Shown here: piece after piece, positions 10,756 to 23,942 of the stretch
Position numbering within the stretch: the stretch's first letter is position 1
Layout: the number at the start of each line of letters is the position of its first letter
DNA from: an uncultured Pseudomonadales bacterium
Lineage (GTDB): Bacteria > Patescibacteriota > Microgenomatia > UBA1400 > UBA12028
Direction of reading: 5' to 3'
NCBI GenBank assembly: GCA_964509365.1
Contig: CAZDWN010000003.1
Location: forward strand, 218,917-282,916
Length of the DNA: 64,000 nucleotides
Made by a program: the position numbers and the translations under genes
Notes under the pieces: model-generated
What the model was told of the DNA's origin: nothing
The model's database searches: none
Seen by the model: only the letters and a program-made list of their open reading frames with translations

Positions 10756-11068
10756 ATGTTCTTTCTTCAGGCCGTCGCAGTCTTGTTTGGATTGCTCATG
10801 ATCTACGTCGTCAGAATCCATCGGCGGAAAAATCATCTTGATGCTTTTGAGTATGGAGTATGGCTCGCTTTGTGGTTGTCATTTGTATTTCTGACCATCT
10901 TTCCTGAAACTGTGAATGGGATCGCACAGACGCTTCATGTCGCCAGAGTGTTTGATCTCCTGGTGATCATTGCATTGATGATTTTAGTCGTCCTAGCAGT
11001 GCTCAACCGAATTGCCGTGAAAAAAATGGAACTGAAATTCGAACAATTTATCAGGCAGAAAGCAGTGA

Positions 11069-11094
<26 letters not shown>
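10756..11094 (+). CDS. small membrane protein, DUF2304-like, partner of the Dpm1-like GT2
   Basis: 113 aa with three hydrophobic segments, immediately after the GT2. That pairing is typical of GtrB-type operons. The ORF-track start at 10729 is GTG and runs into the GT2 stop; the first ATG is at 10756. Confidence 0.4.
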
Positions 11095-13686
<2,592 letters not shown>

Positions 13687-13690
<4 letters not shown>

Positions 13691-14856
13691 AAATTCTTCA
13701 AGTCGTCCCGTACTTTTATCCAGCGTGGGCGTATGGAGGTCCTGGAAAGCTCGTCTACGATACCAGTATGGAGTTTTGCACCAGAGGACATGAGGTGACG
13801 GTCTACACGTCTGATGCGTATGATGCGACATCGCGGATGCCAAGTGCGAAGCGTGTCACGAGCTTTCAGGTTCATTACTTTCACAACCTCTCAAACTGGT
13901 TGGCATTTCATTCAAACATGTATCTGCCAGTTGGACTGTTTTTCCGTGCTCCATTTGAGATCGGGTCCTTTGATGTCATTCATATCCATGATTTCTATAC
14001 GCTGGCAAATATTTGGGTGACTCTGTGGGCGAGACTCTATCGAGTCCCGTATATCATCAGTGTGCATGGGTGCTTGGAATCAAAGCGACGTCAACAAAAA
14101 TCACTATTCAAAGACGTATTTTTACGAGTGTTTGGAAGAATGATGCTTACGAATGCTGCCGCTCTCGTCGCCACATCACCAAATGAAGTCAAAGATCTTC
14201 GTGAGTTTGCGAGCTCATCAAACAAAATTGTAAACATACGCCACGGTGTCAATGCTGACGAATTTACATCAAAACACTCAAAGAAATCGTGTCGTGCCGC
14301 GCTTCATTTGCCTGAGTCGTCACTGATATTCACCTTTGTCGGCAGAATTCATTCGATCAAGGGCCTGGATCTCTTGGTTGAGGCCTTTTCGGCACTCCAA
14401 GATAAAAATGTGCATCTCGTCATCGCTGGGAGTGACGAGGGATTTTTGGAGCGTTTACAGTCACTCGTACAAAAACATTCACTCCGTGACAGAGTACACT
14501 TTATGGGATCCACTTTTGGCGAGAGAAAAGCGAAATTGTTTCGCGCCAGTGATGTCTTCGTCTATCCATCTCGCTCGGAAGGGTTCTCACTAGGTATTCT
14601 TGAAGCTGCGTCTGTCGGACTCCCATTACTCCTCACCAAAGCTTGTCATTTTCAGGAAGTCGCTACGATTGGCGCGGGTCTTGTGGTCGATACCAGTATC
14701 CCGAGTTTACTGACTGGTATGCGACAGTTTGTCGCTATGACTACTCCAGACCGACTTTCCATGGGCAATCGCGCTAAGGAACTGATAGCCAAGAAATACT
14801 CCACCAAATCCATCGGCGATCAGCTCGAGAAGATGTATCTCAACGTAACGAAATAA
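13687..14856 (+). CDS. GT4 family glycosyltransferase
   Basis: MKILQVVPYFYPAWAYGGPGK N-terminus and YPSRSEGFSLGILEAASVGLPLLLT motif. Confidence 0.75.
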
Positions 14857-15762
14857 TCATACTACGCTTCGAAGCTTAGTGAGAAGTTGTCTTAGAGTTC
14901 GCTGTTCGTAGACAAAAAGTTGATTCCAATCATCCGTACGATTTTCCCTCACCATTTTTTCGGGATGGTTGAGTGGCAAAGAAATTGCAGCAGTACGAAT
15001 ATTTGCGAGTGGAGAGTGTGCGTCTGGAGTGTGAGTTGAGTTCTTGCCAAAACCGATATTTGTCACAAGATTGATATTTGGTTGGATGCAGAGGCCATTT
15101 TGTGTCCAGACACTATATACCCAGGGAATCGCCCAGGAATCAATCTTTTCTTGATAGACGCCGTCATACATTCTTTTCCAAAAAAACGGGGAAATCGGAT
15201 TGGGAAATAAAGATTGAAGCCATCCAGACTGGCGAAGAGACGGCCAATCGACCATCTCTACATCAAAATGTTTCCACGCACGGCGCCATGTAGCCCATCC
15301 CCAACAAAAAGGATATCGAGTGAAATGATAGCTTGATACTTCGCTCTCGATGAAACTATTACCTGCTATGTGCATGATTCGATCGTCATCTTTGTATTTC
15401 TTGAGCAACTCTCCACAAAAAGGGAAAAAACTTGCGTCAGGAATGCAATCATCTTCCAAAATGATACCCATTTCTTCAGTTTCAAAAAACCATGTTATCG
15501 CTTGACTCACTGCCTTTTGACATCCTAGATTTTTCTTCCGAATCAAGAAATGAAGTTCACATTTCCAGTCAATTTCTCCCCAGACTTCTTTCACTTCCTT
15601 GCATTTTTTTGTATCAATCGGATTGTGGGCCCGAGGACCATCTTGCGAACAGTACAAAACTGGCGGGGCAAGAGGTCTTAACGTATGAATGAGACGTCGA
15701 AGAGTGTCTGGCCGATTAAATGCCAAAATGAGAATAGGTGGAACTGAAAGTCGTGTGCTCAT
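14857..15762 (-). CDS. HlpA-like nucleotide-diphospho-sugar transferase (GT-A fold)
   Basis: PPILILAFNRPDTLRRLIHTLRPL ... LYCSQDGPR ... ILEDDCIPDASFF resembles the so-called hemolytic-protein HlpA-like glycosyltransferases. It overlaps the next minus-strand gene by 4 bp. Confidence 0.45.
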   Translation of the reverse strand: MSTRLSVPPILILAFNRPDTLRRLIHTLRPLAPPVLYCSQDGPRAHNPIDTKKCKEVKEVWGEIDWKCELHFLIRKKNLGCQKAVSQAITWFFETEEMGIILEDDCIPDASFFPFCGELLKKYKDDDRIMHIAGNSFIESEVSSYHFTRYPFCWGWATWRRAWKHFDVEMVDWPSLRQSGWLQSLFPNPISPFFWKRMYDGVYQEKIDSWAIPWVYSVWTQNGLCIQPNINLVTNIGFGKNSTHTPDAHSPLANIRTAAISLPLNHPEKMVRENRTDDWNQLFVYEQRTLRQLLTKLRSVV

Positions 15763-16595
15763 AGCTTAAAGGAGATGCCGATTCCTGCTCCAGGATACCA
15801 GTGTCCTTTTGGCTCCTCGCGAAAGAATAAGAAGTTCCGTTTATTTTCAACCGAAAACTGCAATAGCTTATCAGTCACATGGGCATTATCGCCAAGTATG
15901 ACGGCGCGTTTCGATAACTTCTTGTGGATCGTTTGATATTCTCTGGCTTCGTAGTCGCCACTGTGATCACTATCATTAATGAACAAATCAATTGGCGAGT
16001 CGATGGTTCGAAGACTTGTAATTGAATCATCAATCATGAGTTTGCCCACAGTCGCATATTTTCCTGTGAGCAAGTATCCGGCTGCTGGATTGATATCAGT
16101 GCCAATATATTTCCCAGGTTTGCCCTCTTCTCGATTTTTGAGTAATGCGCTGCACAGGACGATACTTCCGAGTCCTTGATCGACGCCCGTTTCGACGATG
16201 CATTTTGGCTTCATCGCTCGCGCGATCGCGTACCATCCAATTCGTTTACAAAAAAAAACGTTTTCATCAGCGACCGATGAATAGGCTGATTGACGGACGC
16301 GATTGCGAATAAATTGCTTTAGTTTTGTGTCATTTCGAATTTCATTGATGTAGGAAAGTATTTGGTCATGGTCAACTTGAGTGACGATACTGATCATGAG
16401 AGCGAGCTCAAGGATGTTTTTCTCTGTAAGCTCGTAGGTGAAGTTTGTGTCTTCTTTTGAGCTAAAAAGCCAAACGAATATCTGAGAGGGCTTCGATTGA
16501 AAGTAACTGAGTGCCACGAAAAGTCTGGGAATTATATTTAGAAGTCTAGATCGCCTGACAATAGTTTTGATTTGTATCAAGAATCTCGTTCCCAT
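15759..16595 (-). CDS. SAM-dependent O-methyltransferase (family 3 / CmcI-TylF-like)
   Basis: ETGVDQGLGSIVLCSALL ... IGTDINP ... DLFINDSDHSGDYEAREY ... ILGDNA matches the class I O-methyltransferase family 3 pattern (fDfiFiDadK...DN). Confidence 0.45.
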   Translation of the reverse strand: MGTRFLIQIKTIVRRSRLLNIIPRLFVALSYFQSKPSQIFVWLFSSKEDTNFTYELTEKNILELALMISIVTQVDHDQILSYINEIRNDTKLKQFIRNRVRQSAYSSVADENVFFCKRIGWYAIARAMKPKCIVETGVDQGLGSIVLCSALLKNREEGKPGKYIGTDINPAAGYLLTGKYATVGKLMIDDSITSLRTIDSPIDLFINDSDHSGDYEAREYQTIHKKLSKRAVILGDNAHVTDKLLQFSVENKRNFLFFREEPKGHWYPGAGIGISFKL

Positions 16596-16676
16596 GACAA
16601 TGTTTTCATGTGGTATATATGAATCAATCTGTATGCCTGAACGATCCTACATCGAAATAAATTGAAAGTATATATT

Positions 16677-18491
16677 ATGTGTGGAATTGCCGGGACTATT
16701 ACACTCAATGGAAAAAAGGCAAACGCGAAAGTACTCCAACTGATGCTTGATCGTTTGGCGCATCGCGGACCTAGTGGACAGGGCACGTGGATCAAAGGGT
16801 CAGTCGCTTTTGGAATGCGAAGGCTTTCAATCATCGACGTCGCCGGAGGAGATCAGCCGCTCTACAACGAGGAGAAGACGATTGCTATTATCGGAAACGG
16901 TGAGATCTACAACTATAAAGAGCTTCAGACACTTTTAAAACGACGTGGACACACGCTGCGTACTGGCAGCGATATTGAGACGATTGCGCACCTGTATGAA
17001 GATGAGGGCATCGCTTGTGTCGAGCGATTACGAGGCATGTTTGCATTTTGCCTGTACGACACACGATCGAATGTGGCGTTCATAGTCAGAGATCGCTTGG
17101 GCGAAAAACCAATCTATTGGTCACAAGTGGATCAAAATTTTGTGTTTAGCTCAGAAATGAAAGCAATGATGCTTTTCCCAGGCATCAAAAAAGACATTGA
17201 TCCAAATAGTATTGAGCGATTTTTTTCCTTTTACTCAATACCGGAACCTCAAACAGCGTTTACCTCCATCCAAAAACTAGAAGCAGGTACGTATTTATCG
17301 ATACAGGTAGTCGAAGGGAAAATCACACAACATACGTATTGGGACCCATTGCAAATCAAAACTCGAGACAAGAAAAATCCAGTCCCAGAATTAAAAACGA
17401 TTTTACAAGTCGTAAGCAAATTGACCTTGCGATCCGATGTCCCGGTTGGGATATCATTATCTGGAGGTCTTGATTCTGGGACTGTCCTCGCGCTAGCCGC
17501 ACTCAAATCTCATCAAAATCTGAAAGCATTTTGCGTCGGGTATGCCGGTACCCCCGAGATGGATGAACGGAAACAGGCGAAAGAACTCGCTGATCGCTTT
17601 CATGTTGAATGTATAGAAAAGGAAATAACTGTGAAGGAAATGGTCGACCATTTTCCTCACACGGTCTTCGCTGCTGATGATCCGATCGCTGATATCGCCT
17701 CTTATGGCATCTACGCAGTCGCACAGTTAGCACATGACAATGGGGTACCTGTCTTGCTCGGTGGAGTCGGGGGAGATGAACTGTTCTGGGGCTACCCATG
17801 GATGATGCAAGCGGCAGTCGATGCGAAGGCATCAGCATATGCCAATACGTCAGTTTATGAACGCACTTTAGGCATGCGCACAGGGAAACTTTTCTTTTCG
17901 TTATTTGCAAAGTCCACCTTGAAAGAAAGCTGCACGAAAGACAATCTCGTTTCCTGGAGGCCAAAGAATACTCCACACAATGAACTCTCGTATGCTCGTA
18001 TGGCTTTGGATGCAGTGAGAGATCTCTGGCTTAAAAATGATTGCATCGTACTTGGAGACCGCATGAGCATGGCAGCCTCTGTCGAGCTACGTTTGCCGCT
18101 CGTGGATTATAAACTCACGGAAGCAGTCTATGAAAATGCGAAGACGGTGACAGGGTATACAAAAGGGCAAAAATACTTTCTCAAAGAAGCGATGAAAGAT
18201 GTCTTGCCGTCAAATCTCTTGAATAGAAAAAAGAGAGGTTTCACACCGCCAGTACGATCCTGGGTGTATGCACTCCTGTCTCACTATATGTATCTTCTTG
18301 ACGATGGAAGTCTTGTCAAACTTGGGCTCTTTCAAAAATGGCGACTAAAAATTGTGACAAAAACATGGAGACTCCTCCCATTCCTTTGGTACCATCTCTA
18401 TGCTGCGTTGGTACTGGAGCTCTGGTGCCGAATGTATGTACTCGGTGAACTCCCAAACGAAATTGTTCCGAGAAAACCGAGCTTTGTATGA
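16677..18491 (+). CDS. asparagine synthase (glutamine-hydrolysing) family amidotransferase (AsnB / WbpS-like)
   Basis: MCGIAG N-terminus (Cys2 Ntn nucleophile), RGPSG, and a PP-loop ISLSGGLDSG in the C-terminal half. The ORF-track start at 16662 precedes the obligatory Met-Cys. Confidence 0.8.
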   Translation: MCGIAGTITLNGKKANAKVLQLMLDRLAHRGPSGQGTWIKGSVAFGMRRLSIIDVAGGDQPLYNEEKTIAIIGNGEIYNYKELQTLLKRRGHTLRTGSDIETIAHLYEDEGIACVERLRGMFAFCLYDTRSNVAFIVRDRLGEKPIYWSQVDQNFVFSSEMKAMMLFPGIKKDIDPNSIERFFSFYSIPEPQTAFTSIQKLEAGTYLSIQVVEGKITQHTYWDPLQIKTRDKKNPVPELKTILQVVSKLTLRSDVPVGISLSGGLDSGTVLALAALKSHQNLKAFCVGYAGTPEMDERKQAKELADRFHVECIEKEITVKEMVDHFPHTVFAADDPIADIASYGIYAVAQLAHDNGVPVLLGGVGGDELFWGYPWMMQAAVDAKASAYANTSVYERTLGMRTGKLFFSLFAKSTLKESCTKDNLVSWRPKNTPHNELSYARMALDAVRDLWLKNDCIVLGDRMSMAASVELRLPLVDYKLTEAVYENAKTVTGYTKGQKYFLKEAMKDVLPSNLLNRKKRGFTPPVRSWVYALLSHYMYLLDDGSLVKLGLFQKWRLKIVTKTWRLLPFLWYHLYAALVLELWCRMYVLGELPNEIVPRKPSFV

Positions 18492-19273
18492 AGACTTTCA
18501 AGCTTTTTGACAAATGGAAAAGACAGTATTACTTGTGGATACCTACCTATCTCTTGACTCCTCGTTACCAGGAGAAACTTATTCGATTACCCGATGGCAA
18601 GCGCATTCGAATAGCAGATTTTGCATCCTTTTTTTCTACGTATAAAAGTATTTTTGTCGATAGGATTTATGATTTTCATTCGCCCACTCCAAAACCAAAA
18701 ATTGTGATTTGTGGGGAGAATATAGGCCTAAGCGTATTGTTTTTCAAACAGCTGTATCCTGCATCACGGGTGATTGCATTTGAGGCGGACCCATATATCT
18801 ACTCTCTGCTTCAAAAAAATGTAAGTTCGTGGAAATTAAAAAACGTTGCACTTTTCAATAAAGCAGTTTGGACAAAAGCCACCACGCTGGAATTTTATTC
18901 GGATAATGCGGACGGAGGCAGGATCGAGGGCACGACGCTCAAGCGAAAAGTAGTCCCGGTAGAGGCGATTAATTTTAGAGAGTTTCTGAAGAAAGAAAAA
19001 AACATCACATTCTTGAACATGGACATTGAAGGCGCAGAGAATGAAATCTTACCGAAAATTGCTGATGAGCTATCGGTTATTCCATTCGTCTTTATTGAAC
19101 TACACTCCATCGCTCATCAGCCGATACGAATTGGTGAAGCACTTACTGCATTTCAGACCCATGGATTTCAGATTCACATGAGACCTGAATTCTATTCACC
19201 AAGTCCATTTTTGCATCGAACCATCAGAGACAACATGGATATGCAGGTCAATATATTTGCCTGGAAGGAGTGA
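18488..19273 (+). CDS. FkbM-family methyltransferase
   Basis: IVICGENIGLSVLFF ... ITFLNMDIEGAENEILPKI has the FkbM hallmark (MDIEGAE). ATGA overlap with the upstream gene. Confidence 0.6.
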   Translation: MKTFKLFDKWKRQYYLWIPTYLLTPRYQEKLIRLPDGKRIRIADFASFFSTYKSIFVDRIYDFHSPTPKPKIVICGENIGLSVLFFKQLYPASRVIAFEADPYIYSLLQKNVSSWKLKNVALFNKAVWTKATTLEFYSDNADGGRIEGTTLKRKVVPVEAINFREFLKKEKNITFLNMDIEGAENEILPKIADELSVIPFVFIELHSIAHQPIRIGEALTAFQTHGFQIHMRPEFYSPSPFLHRTIRDNMDMQVNIFAWKE

Positions 19274-19303
19274 TTTTATCTACTGTATACTAAGCCATTG
19301 CAT

Positions 19304-20134
19304 ATGAAGCCAGCGTATTCACTGACAATCGCTCCGAAATCAAAATGGTATCTGTTGGATACGAAAGAACTTTGGGAGGCACGCGAACTTTTTTATATAT
19401 TTGTGTGGCGAGATATCAAAGTGCGATACAAGCAAACCGCAATTGGAGTAGGGTGGGTTGTATTTCAACCCCTCGTCTCCATGCTCATTTTTACAGTCTT
19501 TTTTGGAAACTTTGCCAAAATTCCATCGCAAAACTTGCCATACCCTGTGTTTGTATTACTCGGTCTCATTTTCTGGGGATTTTTCTCCACTGGCATGTCA
19601 CATGCCGCAAATGCATTCATCGAAAATGATGCATTGGTCAAGAAAGTGTATTTTCCTCGCGAAATTCTCGTCTTTGCGGCGGTGCTCACAGCGTTCGTCG
19701 ACTTTGCCGTCAGCCTCGTGATGCTCGCTATCTTGTTTGCTATCTATCGTGTGCCTCCAAACGTAGCGTTCTTTGCAATGTTTTTCGCGGGCACGCTGAT
19801 CACGACGATTGCTAGCTGTGGGCTTGGGCTGTTGTTGGCGTCCATCAATATCAAATATCGAGATGTGCGGTACATTATTCCATTTTTCTTGCAGCTCATG
19901 ATGTTTGTCACTCCGGTCATTTATCCACTCAATATCATCAGACCCTCGTATCAAAATTTGCTCTCACTCAACCCAATGACTGGTGTGATCGACGGGTTGC
20001 GAACGACGCTGGCAACTGGCGCGATCACCCATCCCCAATCGATTGCGATTTCATTTCTCTCAGCATTCGCTATCTTGCTCATCGGTCTCGTATATTTCCG
20101 AAGAACAGTTGCATTTTTCGCCGATATCCTATGA
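19304..20134 (+). CDS. wzm: ABC-2 type polysaccharide exporter permease (Wzm/TagG-like)
   Basis: ELFYIFVWRDIKVRYKQTAIGVGWVVFQPL signature and six TM segments. The ORF-track start at 19298 is TTG; the ATG is at 19304. Confidence 0.8.
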   Translation: MKPAYSLTIAPKSKWYLLDTKELWEARELFYIFVWRDIKVRYKQTAIGVGWVVFQPLVSMLIFTVFFGNFAKIPSQNLPYPVFVLLGLIFWGFFSTGMSHAANAFIENDALVKKVYFPREILVFAAVLTAFVDFAVSLVMLAILFAIYRVPPNVAFFAMFFAGTLITTIASCGLGLLLASINIKYRDVRYIIPFFLQLMMFVTPVIYPLNIIRPSYQNLLSLNPMTGVIDGLRTTLATGAITHPQSIAISFLSAFAILLIGLVYFRRTVAFFADIL

Positions 20135-21372
20135 ACGCAATTGAAATCTCTCATCTCTCAAAAAAATACCAGCTTCGTGAGAAGCAGTATTACTACACGC
20201 TGCGTGACTCGCTCACGACGATGCTCACACATCCTTTCGCGCAAGTACAAAAGAGCTTACTGGAAAAAAATGAATTTTGGGCGCTTCGTGATATTGATTT
20301 CAAAGTGAGTGAAGGTGAGATCGTGGGCATCATCGGACAAAATGGTGCAGGCAAGAGTACGCTTTTGAAGATATTATCGCGAATCACTCCTCCGACTGAA
20401 GGGACCGTACGACTTCGAGGCAGATTGGGGAGTTTGCTTGAGGTTGGTACTGGGTTTCATCCCGAACTGACTGGGCGAGAAAATATCTTTTTGAATGGTG
20501 CGATCTTGGGGATGAAGCGGACGGAAGTGAACGCCTTGTTTGATCAAATCGTGGAGTTTGCCGAAGTGAGCAAATTCTTAGACTCTCCGATGAAGCATTA
20601 TTCTTCTGGGATGTACATGCGCTTGGCGTTTGCCGTCGCCTCGCATCTGCAGTCAGAAATCCTGTTGGTAGATGAAGTGCTCGCTGTGGGTGACGTGGAG
20701 TTTCAAAAGAAGTCTCTGGGAAAAATGGAACTGATCGCCAAAGAAGGTCGTACGGTCCTCTTTGTGAGTCACAACATGGGTGTCATGCAGCAATTGTGTA
20801 GCCGAAGCGTCTGGCTGGAAAAAGGCAAAATGAGAATGGTGGGGGAAACTCACAAAGTCATTTCGAAATATTTGAGCGCATCTCAACAAACGCAAACAAG
20901 TAATCTCGCAGAACGATTCAGGTCGCCAGAAGCGACGTTGACTGCGATGATCACTGCAATCTCACTACAGCAAGCCAAAAAATCGACAATTCTCGTGAGA
21001 CCAGATGAAAAACTTTCTGTGACATTGACGATCGCTGCGAAAGAAAAAATCAAAACCGGAGTGTGGATCGCGATCAAAGATGAGGCTGGTCACACGGTCA
21101 TCTTATTCTCGTCAGGGCATCAACGAGGAAAAGAATTTGTATTTCGAACAGGCACTAGCCACATCGAATGCTCAATCACGCCGACCAATCTCACCACCGG
21201 AAGATACTCCATCGAGTGTGGACTCTTGTATCCGCAACGAGAGATCGTCGATCTCGTGCCCGATGCACTCTCTTTTCAGGTCGAACATCTGGATCCTTAT
21301 AAGGCAAGTTTTGATTACTCTCAACGATTTGGGAGTATATTCGTGCCACATGAGTGGAAAGAACTAAAATGA
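20131..21372 (+). CDS. wzt: ABC exporter ATP-binding protein (Wzt/TagH-like) with a roughly 170-aa C-terminal extension
   Basis: Walker A GQNGAGKST, signature YSSGMYMRLAFAV and Walker B LLVDEVLAVGD. About 170 residues follow the NBD, at the position of the glycan-terminus-binding domain of Wzt proteins. Confidence 0.8.
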   Translation: MNAIEISHLSKKYQLREKQYYYTLRDSLTTMLTHPFAQVQKSLLEKNEFWALRDIDFKVSEGEIVGIIGQNGAGKSTLLKILSRITPPTEGTVRLRGRLGSLLEVGTGFHPELTGRENIFLNGAILGMKRTEVNALFDQIVEFAEVSKFLDSPMKHYSSGMYMRLAFAVASHLQSEILLVDEVLAVGDVEFQKKSLGKMELIAKEGRTVLFVSHNMGVMQQLCSRSVWLEKGKMRMVGETHKVISKYLSASQQTQTSNLAERFRSPEATLTAMITAISLQQAKKSTILVRPDEKLSVTLTIAAKEKIKTGVWIAIKDEAGHTVILFSSGHQRGKEFVFRTGTSHIECSITPTNLTTGRYSIECGLLYPQREIVDLVPDALSFQVEHLDPYKASFDYSQRFGSIFVPHEWKELK

Positions 21373-22268
21373 CGGTTGCACAGCTGCCGCTCAGCTTCGA
21401 AAATGCTGCATTCATTGGCTGGGTCGCTCTCAATCGAATTCGTATTCAGCTGTCTGGCAACACACATCCATATGACGGGCGGTTTATCAGTGGCGATGCA
21501 TTTCGATCGCTTGCGGATCATGTCTGTGAAGACCTTGACGGATTCGATCCCTCGTTGATCGAAGAAAATGACCTCGTCTTTGTCCAAGCTACGCTGATTC
21601 GTGCCTACTTTGAAAGTATCCACCCGAAGATCTCAGTTCGCTATCGATTGATCACTCACAATGGCGATACCAATATTGATGAGACGTTTCGAAAATACAT
21701 TGATTCAGGAATACGAGTCTGGTGGGCTCAGAATTGTCTCCTATCTCATCCCAAAGTTCATCCCATTCCAATCGGGCTTGAAAACATGTCCTACTATAAT
21801 CACGGAATCCCACAATTGTTTTCACGACCACAGCGCAAGTCAAAAAAGCCGAGAATCCTCTATGGATTTAGCGTCTCGACGAATAGGAAAATACGACAAT
21901 CTGCGCTCGCGACGCTTCTGAAAATAAAGATTGCAGACCCAGTCCCAGGAAGACTGAATTCTTCGCAGTACATACAGCATTTGGATGGTTATCAATTTGT
22001 GGCATCACCTCCAGGAAATGGGTCAGATTGCCATAGAGCGTGGGAGGCGCTTTATAGAGGAGTGATACCAATTGTTCAAAAAAGTACATTTACTGATATG
22101 TTTAGAAAACTCAAGTTGCCTATTTGGGTGATTGCAGATTGGAATGATTTGCAAAAGTATTCTGAAGAAGCATTAGAAGCAAAATATAAATCGATTATGA
22201 ATAAAAGCACGACGCGACCATTGTATTTAAAATATTGGAGGAATAGTATAGTGCGCAAACACATATGA
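21369..22268 (+). CDS. putative glycosyltransferase with exostosin (GT47)-like C-terminal motif
   Basis: FVASPPGNGSDCHRAWEALYRGVIPIV has the same spacing as the exostosin SPRGDTPSSRRLFEALAAGCIPV motif. The assignment is weak. The first ATG is at 21369 (the ORF-track start at 21354 is GTG). Confidence 0.35.
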   Translation: MTVAQLPLSFENAAFIGWVALNRIRIQLSGNTHPYDGRFISGDAFRSLADHVCEDLDGFDPSLIEENDLVFVQATLIRAYFESIHPKISVRYRLITHNGDTNIDETFRKYIDSGIRVWWAQNCLLSHPKVHPIPIGLENMSYYNHGIPQLFSRPQRKSKKPRILYGFSVSTNRKIRQSALATLLKIKIADPVPGRLNSSQYIQHLDGYQFVASPPGNGSDCHRAWEALYRGVIPIVQKSTFTDMFRKLKLPIWVIADWNDLQKYSEEALEAKYKSIMNKSTTRPLYLKYWRNSIVRKHI

Positions 22269-23080
22269 AATTCTATCCCGATAACGACTTGTATTCTTAT
22301 TATAAAAAATATGCAAAAAACGCGTGGCTGTCTTCTCGCGTACACGATCACACAATACAGTGGACTGTTGAGATATTAAACAGAGCAATCAATTGTTGTG
22401 ATCAATGGAACAGCTTCATAGATATTGGGGCAGGGAATGGTAGGAATACATCGACACTTCTGCACAAATTCAAAAAAGGGATTGCTGTAGAAATAGATCC
22501 CAATGAAGCTCTGAAGGAGGTTGGTGAGCGAAATTCCAATGTGAGAGTCTTTTTCAAGCCCATTCAAAAATTAAAGTTAAAAGAGAAGATTGATTTTATT
22601 CTACTTTCGGATGTGTTTGAACATATTCCGGTACCAGATGTAAATGGATTTCTCCATTTGATTTCAGGGTATCAAGATAAGGGAGGTGTCGTGTACGTGC
22701 TCACCCCAAATGCGCTTTTTTGTGGACCCGCCGAGAAATCGGGAATATACCATAAACGTCATACATTTGGTCACCACAAGCACTACATCGAAAATGAGGT
22801 AGTGCAGTTATTTGCCCGTAAAGGGTATGAACTTGTCTTTATTCGTTTTGAAGATTCCACCATTCGATTGTTCACAAAACTTATCATGATCTCATTTTCA
22901 TTTTTCGACAAAAAGTATCTATCAACTCCTTTCGTATATTTGATTACAGCTCCATTTGTTTTGATCCTAGACTTCTTCCTCTGGCTGCTTAGCTTGGTTT
23001 CTCTATTGAGTGAAGAGCATCATCAGCACGATAATCTCAACACAAGAAGCATGGTCCTAGTGTTTAAAAAAATATCATGA
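22265..23080 (+). CDS. class I SAM-dependent methyltransferase with C-terminal membrane anchor
   Basis: FIDIGAGNGRNT (motif I) and LLSDVFEHIP (motif II/III region), plus a hydrophobic C-terminal segment. Sits in an AT-rich stretch. Confidence 0.55.
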   Translation: MKFYPDNDLYSYYKKYAKNAWLSSRVHDHTIQWTVEILNRAINCCDQWNSFIDIGAGNGRNTSTLLHKFKKGIAVEIDPNEALKEVGERNSNVRVFFKPIQKLKLKEKIDFILLSDVFEHIPVPDVNGFLHLISGYQDKGGVVYVLTPNALFCGPAEKSGIYHKRHTFGHHKHYIENEVVQLFARKGYELVFIRFEDSTIRLFTKLIMISFSFFDKKYLSTPFVYLITAPFVLILDFFLWLLSLVSLLSEEHHQHDNLNTRSMVLVFKKIS

Positions 23081-23931
23081 ATCTTTATCAATATTTATCA
23101 CAATTTCAAATACTTGTTTTACTAAAAAATAACCTCGATCGTCTAGAACTCGAATTTTTTAAAATGCGTCAAGTTGTCAGAAGAGAGGTGAGGAAGATAC
23201 TGCCCAACCGTAAGTCTGATTCGTATAAGTTCGCGATTTTGTGTGTAAAGCGAACAGCGTATGTATATTTGGCCATTCAAAACATCAATTCTCTTCATTT
23301 TTTTAACTCTACTCATCTTGTCACTCTATACGTGGATCAGCCTTGTTTGTCTGCTTTTAAAAAAATGCGAGGTAAGCTTCATTATCCTACTAAAGTTCGA
23401 CCAACTCTTTTTATTAAATCAAAAAATCAACCGTGGCAACTTTCAAAAATTGATGTGCTTATCGAAGCGAGTAAAAAAGATCAAATCCTCACGGATGCTG
23501 ATGGGATTTGGAGAGCAGATCCAAAAATTTCATCAGAAAAAGTGACTTTGCTCGTCCCTGCATATCCATTTCGCTCAAACAAGTTAGAGAAGAAACTACT
23601 CGCTTCATTGAATCCATCAAAAAAATGGTTGATGTACACGCATTTTGTCACGGGATTTGTTTCGATTCCATCACGTTTTATGACTGCTCAACTTGCTCGA
23701 GACTGTCAGGCAATTTCAAAGAAAATATTCTCAAGGAAATTTCCATTTTCACATACTAAAGCTGAAGCTGATGTCCTCGCAAGACTTGCTGAGGAAATTG
23801 CTGTGAGTATTGCTATTCAGAAAAATGTTGATACAAACAACATTACGACTCTTAAGCTGTCTGATGGGCCGTCCGACAGAAAGATCTTGCAATCTATGTA
23901 CTATGGATGCACGTACAAAATACTCGAATGA
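23077..23931 (+). CDS. hypothetical protein (unassigned, in glycan operon)
   Basis: 284-aa ORF translationally coupled to both neighbours (ATGA overlap upstream). AT-rich. I recognise no motif. Confidence 0.4.
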   Translation: MNLYQYLSQFQILVLLKNNLDRLELEFFKMRQVVRREVRKILPNRKSDSYKFAILCVKRTAYVYLAIQNINSLHFFNSTHLVTLYVDQPCLSAFKKMRGKLHYPTKVRPTLFIKSKNQPWQLSKIDVLIEASKKDQILTDADGIWRADPKISSEKVTLLVPAYPFRSNKLEKKLLASLNPSKKWLMYTHFVTGFVSIPSRFMTAQLARDCQAISKKIFSRKFPFSHTKAEADVLARLAEEIAVSIAIQKNVDTNNITTLKLSDGPSDRKILQSMYYGCTYKILE

Positions 23932-23942
23932 TTTGACTTATA

